Source of the DNA: an uncultured Gammaproteobacteria bacterium | GTDB taxonomy: Bacteria > Patescibacteriota > Patescibacteriia > JACPHY01 | Length of the DNA stretch: 59,418 bases | Direction of reading: 5' to 3' | Assembly: GCA_964585225.1 (NCBI GenBank) | Contig: CAZPCZ010000002.1 | Location: forward strand, 1-59,418 | Part shown: piece by piece, positions 1 to 8,965 of the stretch | Position numbering within the stretch: position 1 is the stretch's first letter | Layout: each line of letters opens with the position of its first letter | Notes under the pieces: generated by a model | The model's database searches: none | What the model was told of the DNA's origin: nothing | Seen by the model: only the letters and a program-made list of their open reading frames with translations | Made by a program: the position numbers and the translations under genes

Positions 1-505
1 CCTCGAGGTGGGTGCGGAACTCGCGGAGCGCGTCCGCGCTGCCGAGGAGCCACGACCACCACGCGTCGATGAGGTCCGCCTCGTCGAGCGAACGGTTGGA
101 TCGCTGGTCCGCCGCGGTCACGAGGAGGCAGCGGCTCGTGCTGCCGGCGATGACCGGGAACACCGCGCGGAGCTCGCGCGCGTTCGGTTCGACGGTTTCG
201 CAGAGGTCCCAGTGGAACACGTCGAGCGCGCCACCGGAGTGCACGCTGCGGAACACGGAAGGGAAGTCTCGGAGCTCGCCGATGTAGACATGCGCCGGGC
301 GCGCACGCGGGATGAGCCGCCGCGCCGTATGCTGATCGCGCTCGATGAGCCAGCAGTGGGCACGCGGCACATTGAGCGCCGTCCACACGTCGAGCTCGTA
401 CCCCGCGCCGCCGAGCGTCGCGAAGTGAGCGGTTGATGAGTCGTAGTGTCGCCGGAGCGCTTCGAGCGCCCGGCGAACCGTCTGCTGCTTCGGCGGGTTC
501 GACAT
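1..505 (-). CDS. Partial (runs off window) putative class I SAM-dependent methyltransferase-fold protein
   Basis: Not in ORF track (no stop in window). Manual translation MSNPPKQQTVRRALEALRRHYDSSTAHFATLGGAGYELDVWTALNVPRAHCWLIERD...GALDVFHWDLCETV has a motif I-like LGGAG, an acidic motif II (LIERD) and motif IV-like DVFHWD. GGAGGAG lies upstream of the ATG at 505. Confidence 0.5.
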   Translation of the reverse strand, partial: MSNPPKQQTVRRALEALRRHYDSSTAHFATLGGAGYELDVWTALNVPRAHCWLIERDQHTARRLIPRARPAHVYIGELRDFPSVFRSVHSGGALDVFHWDLCETVEPNARELRAVFPVIAGSTSRCLLVTAADQRSNRSLDEADLIDAWWSWLLGSADALREFRTHLE

Positions 506-704
506 TGCACTCATGCTCCTCCGCTCATCACCGCATACGCGGTATGAACGGCTTGGTTGTGGAAGAACTCACACCATTCGGTGTGCGGCAACACGGTACC
601 AAGGCGACCACACACTGTCAAGTGGAGTTGACGGGCGACGTGGTCCTTGATACCCTCAACAGCATCGAACCTTCCACAACACTCCAACCAGACAAGGGAG
701 CCCC

Positions 705-2276
705 ATGGTAGACGATCCGACGACGGTATCCGACAACGTCGTGCCGCTATTCTCGAAGGCGATGCTCCCGAAACGGATCACCGCCGCGAGCTTCGCCCGT
801 GCGATGAGCGCATTGAACGACTGCCTCCGCGGGTCGCTCCGGAAGGACGGACCCGTCGAACGGCTCTTCGTACAGATCCACGCGCTCCTCTGGACAATCG
901 CGAGACAGGACGACGTGGACAACGCGGTCCTCCAGCTCAGCATCGTGCTCACCGAGCTCGACGAAACACTCGCGCGTCGCGCAGAGGCAGCGACCGCAGC
1001 GGCGGAGGTGGAGCGCACCGCACCGCTCGAGCGCGAACTCAGCGAGCTCCGAACGGCGCTCGAGGCGATTCGTACCGCGCATGCCGCGCTCGAGACTACG
1101 CAGCGGGAGACCGCGGCGGCGCTCGAAACCGAGCGTACCGAACGTGCGGGCGATCGCACCGCGCAGAATGTACAGGTCGCCTCGCTCACGTGCGAGCTCG
1201 ATGGCGAGCGCGCAGCGCGCGCGGCGGCCGAACGCGCGCGTCTCGATGAGATCCGCATCGCGCTCGCCGCGCTCCGCGCGGAGTCGACGAGCGGCGCGCA
1301 GACCTTTGCCGCGCTCACCGATCTCGTCGAGCGGGCGAGTGCAGCGCGCGACGCGACCGCGGCCGCCATCGATGCGATGGGGACCGCCACCGCCACCGAC
1401 CGTGGCTTGAATCTCCTCGCTGCCCGCGCGAAGCTCGGACAGCGGCAGCGGACGCTCGATGGATACCTCGAGCAAATCGAGGACCTCCTCGGCCAGGTCG
1501 CGGAGGAACTCGGGGATCTCCCGGACGAGCAGCGACGCCTCGGGGCAGTTGCTCGCACCGCGGGAGGAACCGTTGCCGTCGAGGCAGTGCGCCAGCTCAC
1601 GGCGATCGACGCGCGGCAACTGCAGCTCGAGCGGTTCAGTGACGCACTCGTCCAGCTCAAGGAACCCGCAGAGCGAGAGCGCGATCACATCAAGGGGCTC
1701 ATCCACGCGGTCGACCAGCTCACGCAGCCGCCCCCGGAGAAGACCGCGCTGGCAACCATCCCCGACTACCCTGGCATGCCGACGCCGGAGGAAGCAGCCG
1801 CGATCATGGCGGCCGCCGGACCGCTGACCGCCAATCAGCCGAGTGGGGGCGACGCTGTCGAGCCAGCGGACGCATCGAGTCCCGCGGCGACCGCCGACCC
1901 GATCGCCGTACGACTCGCGGTCGTGCTGTACGACATCGTCCACCGGAACTTCGGGCCAGAACAACGGCTCATCCTCTGGGTCGCGAAGGCCGCATTCACC
2001 GCGGCTATTCTCCAACGACACGGCCTCGACTACTGGGCGTTCAGCGCGCAAGTGCTCTCAAGGAAGCACAAAGCGCTGCTCGACCGGTACCTCCGGTACA
2101 AGGGGACCATCAGTGGGAACAAGTCGGTGACCTTCTTCGTTCGTACGGAGGAGCCGACGCCCACCGAGTGGGGATCGCTCGTCACCAACACCGAGCGAGA
2201 CGCGTTCATCGCCGCGTTCAGAGAACGCATCGCTGCGCGAGCGGCGGTCAAGGCGCGAGCGGCGGCCAAGGAATGA
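705..2276 (+). CDS. Hypothetical long coiled-coil protein with globular C-terminal domain
   Basis: 523-aa ORF, SD AGGGAG; Ala/Glu/Arg/Leu-rich heptad character over about residues 80-335. Confidence 0.75.
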   Translation: MVDDPTTVSDNVVPLFSKAMLPKRITAASFARAMSALNDCLRGSLRKDGPVERLFVQIHALLWTIARQDDVDNAVLQLSIVLTELDETLARRAEAATAAAEVERTAPLERELSELRTALEAIRTAHAALETTQRETAAALETERTERAGDRTAQNVQVASLTCELDGERAARAAAERARLDEIRIALAALRAESTSGAQTFAALTDLVERASAARDATAAAIDAMGTATATDRGLNLLAARAKLGQRQRTLDGYLEQIEDLLGQVAEELGDLPDEQRRLGAVARTAGGTVAVEAVRQLTAIDARQLQLERFSDALVQLKEPAERERDHIKGLIHAVDQLTQPPPEKTALATIPDYPGMPTPEEAAAIMAAAGPLTANQPSGGDAVEPADASSPAATADPIAVRLAVVLYDIVHRNFGPEQRLILWVAKAAFTAAILQRHGLDYWAFSAQVLSRKHKALLDRYLRYKGTISGNKSVTFFVRTEEPTPTEWGSLVTNTERDAFIAAFRERIAARAAVKARAAAKE

Positions 2277-2379
2277 ACCACGACGTAAGAAATCTGGCAA
2301 TCGAAGCGCCCCCCGATGACCCCGCCCAAGGCGGGCAGGCATCAGGGGGCGCATTCCATTTTGTACGACGCGAAAGGAA

Positions 2380-2408
2380 ACGGCGGTCCGGGTACTCCGG
2401 ACCGCCGT
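2380..2408. terminator. Hairpin between convergent genes (probable terminator)
   Basis: ACGGCGGTCCGG-gtact-CCGGACCGCCGT perfect 12-bp stem; a second long hairpin lies at ~2307-2352. Confidence 0.6.
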
Positions 2409-2433
2409 CATGCGCATTGCCGCACCGGGAACG

Positions 2434-3966
2434 CTACCGCTTCCTCCCGAGGAGCTCGCGGCGGCGCTCGGTGACGTACTGCATCGCCACCTTCGTGTCG
2501 AACGGAGCCTTCGCCTTCCCGATCGCCCCGAGCAACCCGAGGAGTGCGTGCTCGGCTCGCGCGGACTCCCCCTTCGGGAGGACATCGTAGGCCGCGTTGA
2601 TCATCACGATCCTCCGCTCCCCGTCATCCGCCTTGGCGAAGAGGTTCGCGTCGTCTCGTGTGACGCCCACCCACCACGTCTCACCACCGATCGGCAACGG
2701 GACGTAGTGCTGCTTCCCGTCGCGCTTCGGGTCGCGGGGGCCTCGCTGCACGCCACCGCCACCACCACCGCCTCCACCGCCTCCACCGCCGCGGCGGCGG
2801 ACACCACCGAATCCACCGCACCCGGGGGGTGGGTTGGACAGGTCGGGGGTGCCGTACGCGCGACGGAAGAGATCGAGCAACTGACCGCTGATGAGACGCC
2901 CCACGGAGGAAGCGCTCACGACGGTGTCCGATTCCTCGAGGAGCGCCCGCGCCTGTTCCGTGACGTGGGCGACGAGGAGGTCGACGAACCGCTTCCACAC
3001 GCGTCCCTGCAAGAACGACGCCCGCAGTCCTGCGCGCGTGGTGTCCTGCTCGGCGATGAGCCCCGGAAAGAAGATGTCCCCCCCGAGGTCCGTCCGTCCG
3101 AGCGGGAATGGGAGGTGCGCGTTGAGGGTTGGACCGAACGCGACGCGGAAGCCGGTCGTGTGGTCCACGAGCCAGATGCCGCCGGACGTCCCGTGCTCCA
3201 CGCGTTCGATGTACACCTCGAGCCGCTCGTTCGGCGGCTTCATGATCACGCCGCTCGCGAGCGGCGACGGCGTGAACGGTGTGCCGCCGATGAGGATCTC
3301 GCCACAGAGCTCCGGCTTGCGCGGGAGGTGTGGGGCGAGCGCATCGCGCAGCTCGTCATTCGTCCCGAACACCGGGTTCGGGATGACGACGAGGGAGAAG
3401 CGGCCCTTGATGTTCCGGTAGCGTCCGAGCTCCGTCGCATCCGCCGCAAGCCTCCCGTGCGGCAGCCCCTGGCCCTTGGTGTTGAGCGTCGCCCGGGTGA
3501 CCTCGATCCATCGCACCGGCCCCTCATTCGAGGTCCGGGTGAGGATCGTGAAGCCACCATCGCGTTCTTGGTCACGCCGCAACGCGAGGTACGCGATGCG
3601 ACCGAGCTGCTTCTGCGACGCGCCGGCGTGCCGCAGCGCGAGCTCGACGCCGTACTCGTCCGGTCCCACCGTGCAGAACCGCTCGAGGTCGCCCGCCGTG
3701 AACCCGTGCCCGCGGTCCATACAGGTGAGCGCGTCGGTTCCGACCAGCGGGTGGCGCTTGACCACTTCGAGTTCGACATGGATCCGCTTGGGATCCCAAC
3801 TGCTACCGTTCCCCTCGTCCTGGCACGCGACCATGCCGTTCCGGCACAGCTCGCACACGCAGCGTCCGGGGTTCGGGTACAGCCCTCGTGAGAGTTCATC
3901 CAAGAACCCGCCGCCCATTCGGACGGGCAGGTACCCTTCGGGCTTCATCGGCATCGCCATGGTCAT
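2434..3966 (-). CDS. Divergent GHKL (MORC/Hsp90/MutL-like) ATPase
   Basis: LYPNPGRCVCELCRNG (ExxxN), MDRGHGF (DxGxG), degenerate lid ASQKQLGRIAYL; poly-Gly linker; C-terminal IVMINAAY domain. Start may be 3960 (AAGGAGG spacing). Confidence 0.75.
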   Translation of the reverse strand: MTMAMPMKPEGYLPVRMGGGFLDELSRGLYPNPGRCVCELCRNGMVACQDEGNGSSWDPKRIHVELEVVKRHPLVGTDALTCMDRGHGFTAGDLERFCTVGPDEYGVELALRHAGASQKQLGRIAYLALRRDQERDGGFTILTRTSNEGPVRWIEVTRATLNTKGQGLPHGRLAADATELGRYRNIKGRFSLVVIPNPVFGTNDELRDALAPHLPRKPELCGEILIGGTPFTPSPLASGVIMKPPNERLEVYIERVEHGTSGGIWLVDHTTGFRVAFGPTLNAHLPFPLGRTDLGGDIFFPGLIAEQDTTRAGLRASFLQGRVWKRFVDLLVAHVTEQARALLEESDTVVSASSVGRLISGQLLDLFRRAYGTPDLSNPPPGCGGFGGVRRRGGGGGGGGGGGGGVQRGPRDPKRDGKQHYVPLPIGGETWWVGVTRDDANLFAKADDGERRIVMINAAYDVLPKGESARAEHALLGLLGAIGKAKAPFDTKVAMQYVTERRRELLGRKR

Positions 3967-5414
3967 TCCTCCTTGCGGTCACCCTTGCGGCGGCCGCGCC
4001 GGGGGGGGGAGAATGCATCGAGTACCGCGCGAAACGCTGGTGCCGACGCATCGGCGACCGAGACGGTCGCCTTGGATGTCAGATCAGCGTGCGTGAGCCC
4101 ACCGACCTCCATCGCGGTCTGCGCGACGGCGATGAGGTGCTCGCGGCTGGTGCCATCCGGACGCCAGCCGGCACGGTACATCGCGCGGAGCCCCCGCGCG
4201 GTGCTCGCCATGCCGACGAGGATGTCGGCCGCGCCGTCGGTGGGGACCGGGGCTGCCGGCTCCGGCGGCGCCCTGTGGGCTGCCCGTGTCGCGACGAGTG
4301 CTGCCGACGACTCCGCGCTCGCGGGTGTCGGATCCGCAGCACGGCCTTCGAGCCGCTCGAGTGCATTCTGGAGCTGCTCGAGCATCGAGAAGTCCGGGAG
4401 CACGCGTCCATTTAACCAGCTCCCGAGGCGGTGCGAGCGCAGGCCGGTCCGCACGCACAGCTCGCGCGTCGTGAGCCGCGACCGCTCGCACGCGATGCAG
4501 AAACGCACGAGCACCAACGCGGCAAACTCGCCGTTCGGGCAGCGGTAGCCGAGGAACCGATGCGTTCCCTTTCGGAGCTCCCGCTCGATGCGCTCCCACC
4601 GGACCGTCGTGCGACCCTTGGTCGAACCCCTCGGTCGCGGCGGTCGCCGCGTGAGGAGCTCGAGTGCCTGTCTGGTCGCATCAGTCGCCCCGATCGCCGA
4701 CGTACTGAACTGATCGTGGTGTGCGATGATGTACCGCGCGAGCCCGACGATCACCCCAGCGATCGATGCCGCGTTGTACAGCTTCTGCCGCGTCTCCGGC
4801 AACCGCGCGAGACCGTCGAGCTGGGACTTCCGGAGGCCCGTCCGCTTCGCCAGCGCCTCCCTCGTCAAGCCGCTCCGACGCTGGATCTCGAGAATTGCCT
4901 GGCGGAGCGCCGCGGCATCCACTGCAGCGTCGAGTGGTGCGGGGAGCTGGCGTCCGAAATGCTGCCCCGCCGCCTCGTGCCCGCGCTGGAACCGCAGCGC
5001 GTCGAAGTCGTATCCGGTCCGCCGCACGACCACCTCTCGGACGTGGTCGAACGGAACTTCGCCCCAGCGGTGCCAACGGTGCCCGTGCCACTCGGGCGCG
5101 CCGACGCGCTTCGCGAAGGCCTCGGGTGTCACGTGTTCCCGATCGCAGTACGAACGGAAGTGCGCAGCCCAGCGCTCGTCGCAGATCTCGGGGTTCGTCC
5201 CGCGCCGATCGAGCTCGGTGCGATGCTCCGTGAGCTTCCGCTCGATCACCGGCCAGTCACGCTGGCACTTCGGCGTCGTCTTGCCTTCGAGCCAGTTCCT
5301 GATCAAGGAACCCGCACTCGCACCGACGACGCGACGGATGGTCTCGTAGCTCTGCCCGGGGTACCCGAGGCACTCCCGGAGGAGCGCCCGAACCGGTTCG
5401 AACGATGTTCCCAT
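3963..5414 (-). CDS. Protein with four XRE/Cro-like HTH domains
   Basis: Start MGTSFEP after GAAGGAG. HTH-like segments: SYETIRRVVGASAGSLIRNWLEGKTTP, VTPEAFAKRVGAPEWHGHRW, LTREALAKRTGLRKSQLDGL, LTTRELCVRTGLRSHRLGSWLNGRVLPDFSMLEQL. Stop abuts or overlaps the GHKL start. Confidence 0.75.
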   Translation of the reverse strand: MGTSFEPVRALLRECLGYPGQSYETIRRVVGASAGSLIRNWLEGKTTPKCQRDWPVIERKLTEHRTELDRRGTNPEICDERWAAHFRSYCDREHVTPEAFAKRVGAPEWHGHRWHRWGEVPFDHVREVVVRRTGYDFDALRFQRGHEAAGQHFGRQLPAPLDAAVDAAALRQAILEIQRRSGLTREALAKRTGLRKSQLDGLARLPETRQKLYNAASIAGVIVGLARYIIAHHDQFSTSAIGATDATRQALELLTRRPPRPRGSTKGRTTVRWERIERELRKGTHRFLGYRCPNGEFAALVLVRFCIACERSRLTTRELCVRTGLRSHRLGSWLNGRVLPDFSMLEQLQNALERLEGRAADPTPASAESSAALVATRAAHRAPPEPAAPVPTDGAADILVGMASTARGLRAMYRAGWRPDGTSREHLIAVAQTAMEVGGLTHADLTSKATVSVADASAPAFRAVLDAFSPPRRGRRKGDRKEE

Positions 5415-5581
5415 GGGGGCTCCTTCGTAGTGTGTGCCAACCGTGTCATGTTCGGTTGGGAAAGGTCTCGGGTGGACGGTAGCAGGGGGCGCCTCCGCCG
5501 TCAAGAAGGCGGCGGGGGAGAAACGGGATATGTGAAGAACGCCCCGAGCATGTCGGGGCGTTCGATCGTATACCACGCAGA

Positions 5582-6325
5582 TCACGCGACGTTGACGAGC
5601 AGCGTCGTCGGTTCGTGCTTTTTCCAGCCGATCGGGATGAAGGTGCTGCGGTACGGCGTGAGGTGCGGGACGAGCGATGCGAAGAGCTCCACGCGCTCGC
5701 GGTTGCCAGCGATCGCGTAGGCGAAGAGGTGCTCGAGAGCGATGCGCACGTGCATCCCATCGTCCTCATCCATCACGGATGACAGAACATCGGTGAGCGC
5801 CATACGCGCCTTGAGTTTTTCGAGGCAGATGCTCCGCCAGGAAAAACCCTGGGGGACGGCGAGGGCCGCAGCCCGCTCCTGTGCGTCGAAGTCGATCGTG
5901 CCCCATCGGAGGGCGAGGTCTCGCTCCCGCGCCACCGCTCGGAGTGCCCGCTCGAGTGGTTCGCTCTGGGCGCTCTCGAGCGCTTCCCGAAACGTCGGAC
6001 TCACGCTTTCCTCGAGAATCACGGCTCCAGCATTTCGGAGCTCGATCTCGCGGTGTCGCTCGTACGCCTCCGGGGTCATCCACGGTTCCTTCGAAATCAG
6101 GTACCTCCTACTGAGGCACATGGAGCGTTCAACGGGTCGGCCGGTCACGCTGCTGACCACCGCCGCAAGGCGTGAGGGGTCGACCGGATCATCGGGCGAC
6201 CGACGACTAGTGTCGAGGACCGCAAAGAGTTCTTCGGCGGCTCGCATCGCGTCATCGGCGATATCGTCCGGCGTGCCGCTCTCTCGGAGGAACGCGCGGA
6301 TGGCGTCCCGGTTCACCTGTGGCAT
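5582..6325 (-). CDS. Hypothetical protein
   Basis: 247-aa ORF with SD GGAGG and an upstream sigma70-like promoter. Confidence 0.7.
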   Translation of the reverse strand: MPQVNRDAIRAFLRESGTPDDIADDAMRAAEELFAVLDTSRRSPDDPVDPSRLAAVVSSVTGRPVERSMCLSRRYLISKEPWMTPEAYERHREIELRNAGAVILEESVSPTFREALESAQSEPLERALRAVARERDLALRWGTIDFDAQERAAALAVPQGFSWRSICLEKLKARMALTDVLSSVMDEDDGMHVRIALEHLFAYAIAGNRERVELFASLVPHLTPYRSTFIPIGWKKHEPTTLLVNVA

Positions 6326-6367
6326 GGGACCTCCGTGGTGTGTGGTGAAGGTGCGTCAACCGTCTGG

Positions 6368-6453
6368 ACTCTAGCACGCGGTCGTAGCGGCGTCAAGCGG
6401 CGGAAGGCCATTGACGGGAGGCCCTTGACGGCGACCAACGCCCCCGCTACGAT
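6368..6453. promoter_or_regulatory. Divergent sigma70-like promoters
   Basis: Minus: TTGACG-17-TAGAGT (6396-6368). Plus: TTGACG-17-TACGAT (6425-6453). Confidence 0.6.
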
Positions 6454-6492
6454 CGCCTCGCTCCTTTGCACACAATCGTAGGAGGTGAACGC

Positions 6493-7086
6493 ATGCAGAA
6501 GGACCCTGTCAGAGCGCCTCCGGCGCTCCCACCGGAAGTCGACGCGTGGCTCCGCGGGCTCGCGCCGGAGATCGCCGGTGCGCTCCGCACGCTCTTCACG
6601 CAGTCGCAGCGAACCGCTGCAACGGTCGAGGCGATGCATACTCGCCTCGGCGTCACCGAGGCGAAGCTCGACGACTTCCTCCGAGGCGGCCGCGGCGAGC
6701 GCGCGTCGGAGCCGGAGACGCTCGACGAAATCCGTCGGCGCCTCGACAGCATGATGCCGGAATCCGATCGGCGACTGACGATCGAGGAAGTCGATCGCCT
6801 CCGCATGCGGATGCTCGCTGCGATGAAGCGCGGCCGTGCACAGTTCGAACGCGAGCGCGACCGGATCGCCGCGGAGCACCACGCGAGCGGCCACCAGGTG
6901 AACGCATGGTGGGCGCGCTGCCAAGGGAAGTTCCGTCCGGACTTCGTCGGCCGGGTGATCGCGCGGACGCCGCACGATGACCGCGTGGGGGCACGCAACG
7001 GCTTGGCTGAACTCTACGGTGTCTCCCGCGATCAAATCCTCGAGTGGTGGAAGGCCTGGAACGGCAACGGCCATGGGAGGGCTTGA
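6493..7086 (+). CDS. Hypothetical protein with repeated HTH-like helical module
   Basis: SD AGGAGG; C-terminal half is paralogous to the next ORF (shared FERERDRI). Confidence 0.75.
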   Translation: MQKDPVRAPPALPPEVDAWLRGLAPEIAGALRTLFTQSQRTAATVEAMHTRLGVTEAKLDDFLRGGRGERASEPETLDEIRRRLDSMMPESDRRLTIEEVDRLRMRMLAAMKRGRAQFERERDRIAAEHHASGHQVNAWWARCQGKFRPDFVGRVIARTPHDDRVGARNGLAELYGVSRDQILEWWKAWNGNGHGRA

Positions 7087-7142
7087 CGGCGCTGCGGGGG
7101 CGCGGTACAAGGGAAACGGATCGAACCTTCCCAGGAGGACCC

Positions 7143-7427
7143 ATGCCGAACCATCGGAACGAGACGCCAGCCATCTCGGCACACGACGCGCTGCGTCTGC
7201 GCCTCTTCGAAGCGCGTCACAATGGACGCGACTCGTTCGAACGCGAGCGCGACCGGATCAAGCGCCGCCACCGCTTCAGCGTCGCCCAGATCGCCGCGAT
7301 CTGGGCGCGCGGCCGCGGGGCGTTCGAACGCGAGTTCATCGCCCGCGTCCTCAACGCAACGCCGCCAGCCAGACGCGCCACACGTCGCCGCGAGCTCCGG
7401 GAGCTCTGCCGCGCCGCCCGCACGTGA
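7143..7427 (+). CDS. Small hypothetical protein, paralog of the upstream ORF C-terminal half
   Basis: SD GGAGG before ATG 7143; LRLRLFEARHNGRDSFERERDRIKRRHRFSVAQIAAIWARGRG. Confidence 0.7.
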   Translation: MPNHRNETPAISAHDALRLRLFEARHNGRDSFERERDRIKRRHRFSVAQIAAIWARGRGAFEREFIARVLNATPPARRATRRRELRELCRAART

Positions 7428-7510
7428 TCACGACGCACGGCCACACGCACAAGACCCTCTCCGACAAACATCGGAGGGGGTCTCAACGTGACGAGAGCGA
7501 ACCGTGCGCC

Positions 7511-8062
7511 TCATCTCGTGCGCGTGCTCCGCAACCATCCGACGATCCCACCGAGGATCAATAGGTCCGCGACGTTGAAGGCCGGAAAGAGGTTCGTGAA
7601 TGAGAGGTAGTCGGTCACGCCGCCGAGGAACGTGCGGTCGGTGAGGTTCGAGAGCGCGCCGAGCACGATCGCCACGATCGCTACGCGGCGATCGAAAACC
7701 CGAAATCCTCCTCCAAAGGCGGATCCGCCTCTGGCGGAGAAATCCGAAATCCGAAACAAACCCGAAAGTTCAAATTTTGAAAATTTGATTTTTGGAAATT
7801 GTTTCGAGTTTCGAGTTTCGAGTTTCGAGTTTCGCCGCAGCTCCCACAGGAGCACTGCGACGATGGCCCATCCCACTGGCCAGATCCACGCGTTCGGCAC
7901 TGGCAGCGAGAACGCGAGGACGTCATTCACGGACGGTGCGAGGCCGATCGTGCCGAAGCGCGTCGGGAATGAAAAACGCCCGAGGGCATTGGGGTTCATC
8001 CGCGCAACGATCTTCAACGCGACATCAATCGCGAATGGGATGAGGAGGAATGCGCTGCGCAT
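7511..8062 (-). CDS. lspA: Lipoprotein signal peptidase II with in-frame repeat insertion
   Basis: VNDVLAFSL, GALSNLTDR, VTDYL and FNVAD motifs; ~47-aa insert NSKLETRNSK...SARGGSAFGGGFRVF. Confidence 0.85.
   Translation of the reverse strand: MRSAFLLIPFAIDVALKIVARMNPNALGRFSFPTRFGTIGLAPSVNDVLAFSLPVPNAWIWPVGWAIVAVLLWELRRNSKLETRNSKQFPKIKFSKFELSGLFRISDFSARGGSAFGGGFRVFDRRVAIVAIVLGALSNLTDRTFLGGVTDYLSFTNLFPAFNVADLLILGGIVGWLRSTRTR
7693..7834. repeat. Heptamer-array inverted-repeat element with nested 30-nt palindrome, in frame in lspA
   Basis: (CCGAAAT)-type left arm, (TTTCGAG)x4-5 right arm, nested TCCTCCAAAGGCGGATCCGCCTCTGGCGGA at 7709-7738. Confidence 0.9.
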
Positions 8063-8075
8063 CGTTTCGAGATAC

Positions 8076-8471
8076 CTAGACCGCGTTCGCCTTCCGCTCG
8101 ACTTTGCACGCGATGCACGCGCTCGACGTCGGTCGCGCGAGCAGGCGTTTTTCATCAATCGGCTTGCTGCAGTACCGACAGGTGCCGTACGTCCCGCCCT
8201 CGATACGCGAGAGCGCGTTCGTGACGTCACGGAGCTCCTTCTCGAGCGTCCGCTCGAGCGAGAGGTTATCGGAGTAGATCGTCACCTCCGCGGCGTTCTC
8301 ATCCTCGCTCCGTCCGACATCCGCGTACCGCGCCTGCCAGTCGCCGGACGCATGCGGGTTACGCGACGCGAACGCCTTGAGCTCGACCTCGAGCTGCGTT
8401 TTCCGCTCTCGGAGCTTCTGCTCGATGGATCGGAGGCGCTCCTGTGTGAGTGGTGAGGTGGATGTCGCCAT
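8076..8471 (-). CDS. dksA: TraR/DksA C4-type zinc finger protein
   Basis: Coiled coil plus GTYGTCRYCSKPIDEKRLLARPTSSACIAC; adjacent to lspA. Confidence 0.85.
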   Translation of the reverse strand: MATSTSPLTQERLRSIEQKLRERKTQLEVELKAFASRNPHASGDWQARYADVGRSEDENAAEVTIYSDNLSLERTLEKELRDVTNALSRIEGGTYGTCRYCSKPIDEKRLLARPTSSACIACKVERKANAV

Positions 8472-8479
8472 AGGTCCCC

Positions 8480-8930
8480 GTAGGGCCCAGCATACCCCGA
8501 CAAGAATTACCTGTCCAGTGCCCTGCAAAAGGAAAGAGGCGTGAGTCGTGCTCCGCCGTTTTGATGGCGGTAATGGTTGCTGCACGTCCCACGCCTCCCC
8601 ATGAGGTCCCTGGCTGGTCCCCGACCCGCTTGCGCAGGGCAGAGAAGTCCCACCGTGGACCCGAGCGCGCGCTGACCCGCGCCAATCCCCCCCTTCCATT
8701 CTCCGGGTGGCCACAAGCTTCATCAGCGAGGGACTGCACCCTTTTTGCTTTTGGTTTGCAAAAGCGGTCCGGCCTCGGTCAGCGACGAGACCAATGGAAT
8801 AGGAGAGGGGGAGGGAACTCCGTTCGTCATCACCGGAATCACACGAGCCGGAGACGCCAAAACGGATCGGCACTGGACGCCGGCCCGATGAGACCAACCG
8901 GAGGTCCCTCGTTCTCGTTCCCATCCGTCA
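8480..8930 (-). ncRNA. Putative ~450-nt structured leader or ncRNA (part weakly 6S-like)
   Basis: Non-coding region downstream of a good promoter; multiple stems incl. GTCCCTCGCTG/CAGCCAGGGAC, GGGAAC/GTTCCC, GCTTTTG/CAAAAGC. Confidence 0.35.
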
Positions 8931-8937
8931 GACGTGA

Positions 8938-8965
8938 AGTATAGCACGGGACCACATGACGTCAA
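8938..8965 (-). promoter_or_regulatory. sigma70-like promoter with extended -10
   Basis: TTGACG-16-TATACT, preceded by TGC. Confidence 0.65.

Noticed and set aside
8-436. Plus-strand 142-aa ORF
   Set aside because: Antisense shadow of the minus-strand methyltransferase-like gene, which has an SD and motif-like sequence
2750-2800. Poly-Gly GGC/GGT repeat as a separate repeat element
   Set aside because: It is a coding low-complexity linker within the GHKL protein
2410-3891. Long plus-strand ORFs opposite real genes (also 9646-11424, 11500-12762, 30601-31755, 40984-42219 and similar)
   Set aside because: High-GC antisense shadows with no recognisable motifs
8700-8770. tmRNA tag-like GCA AAC start
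   Set aside because: No nearby stop or ALAA-like tag, and no tRNA-like ends
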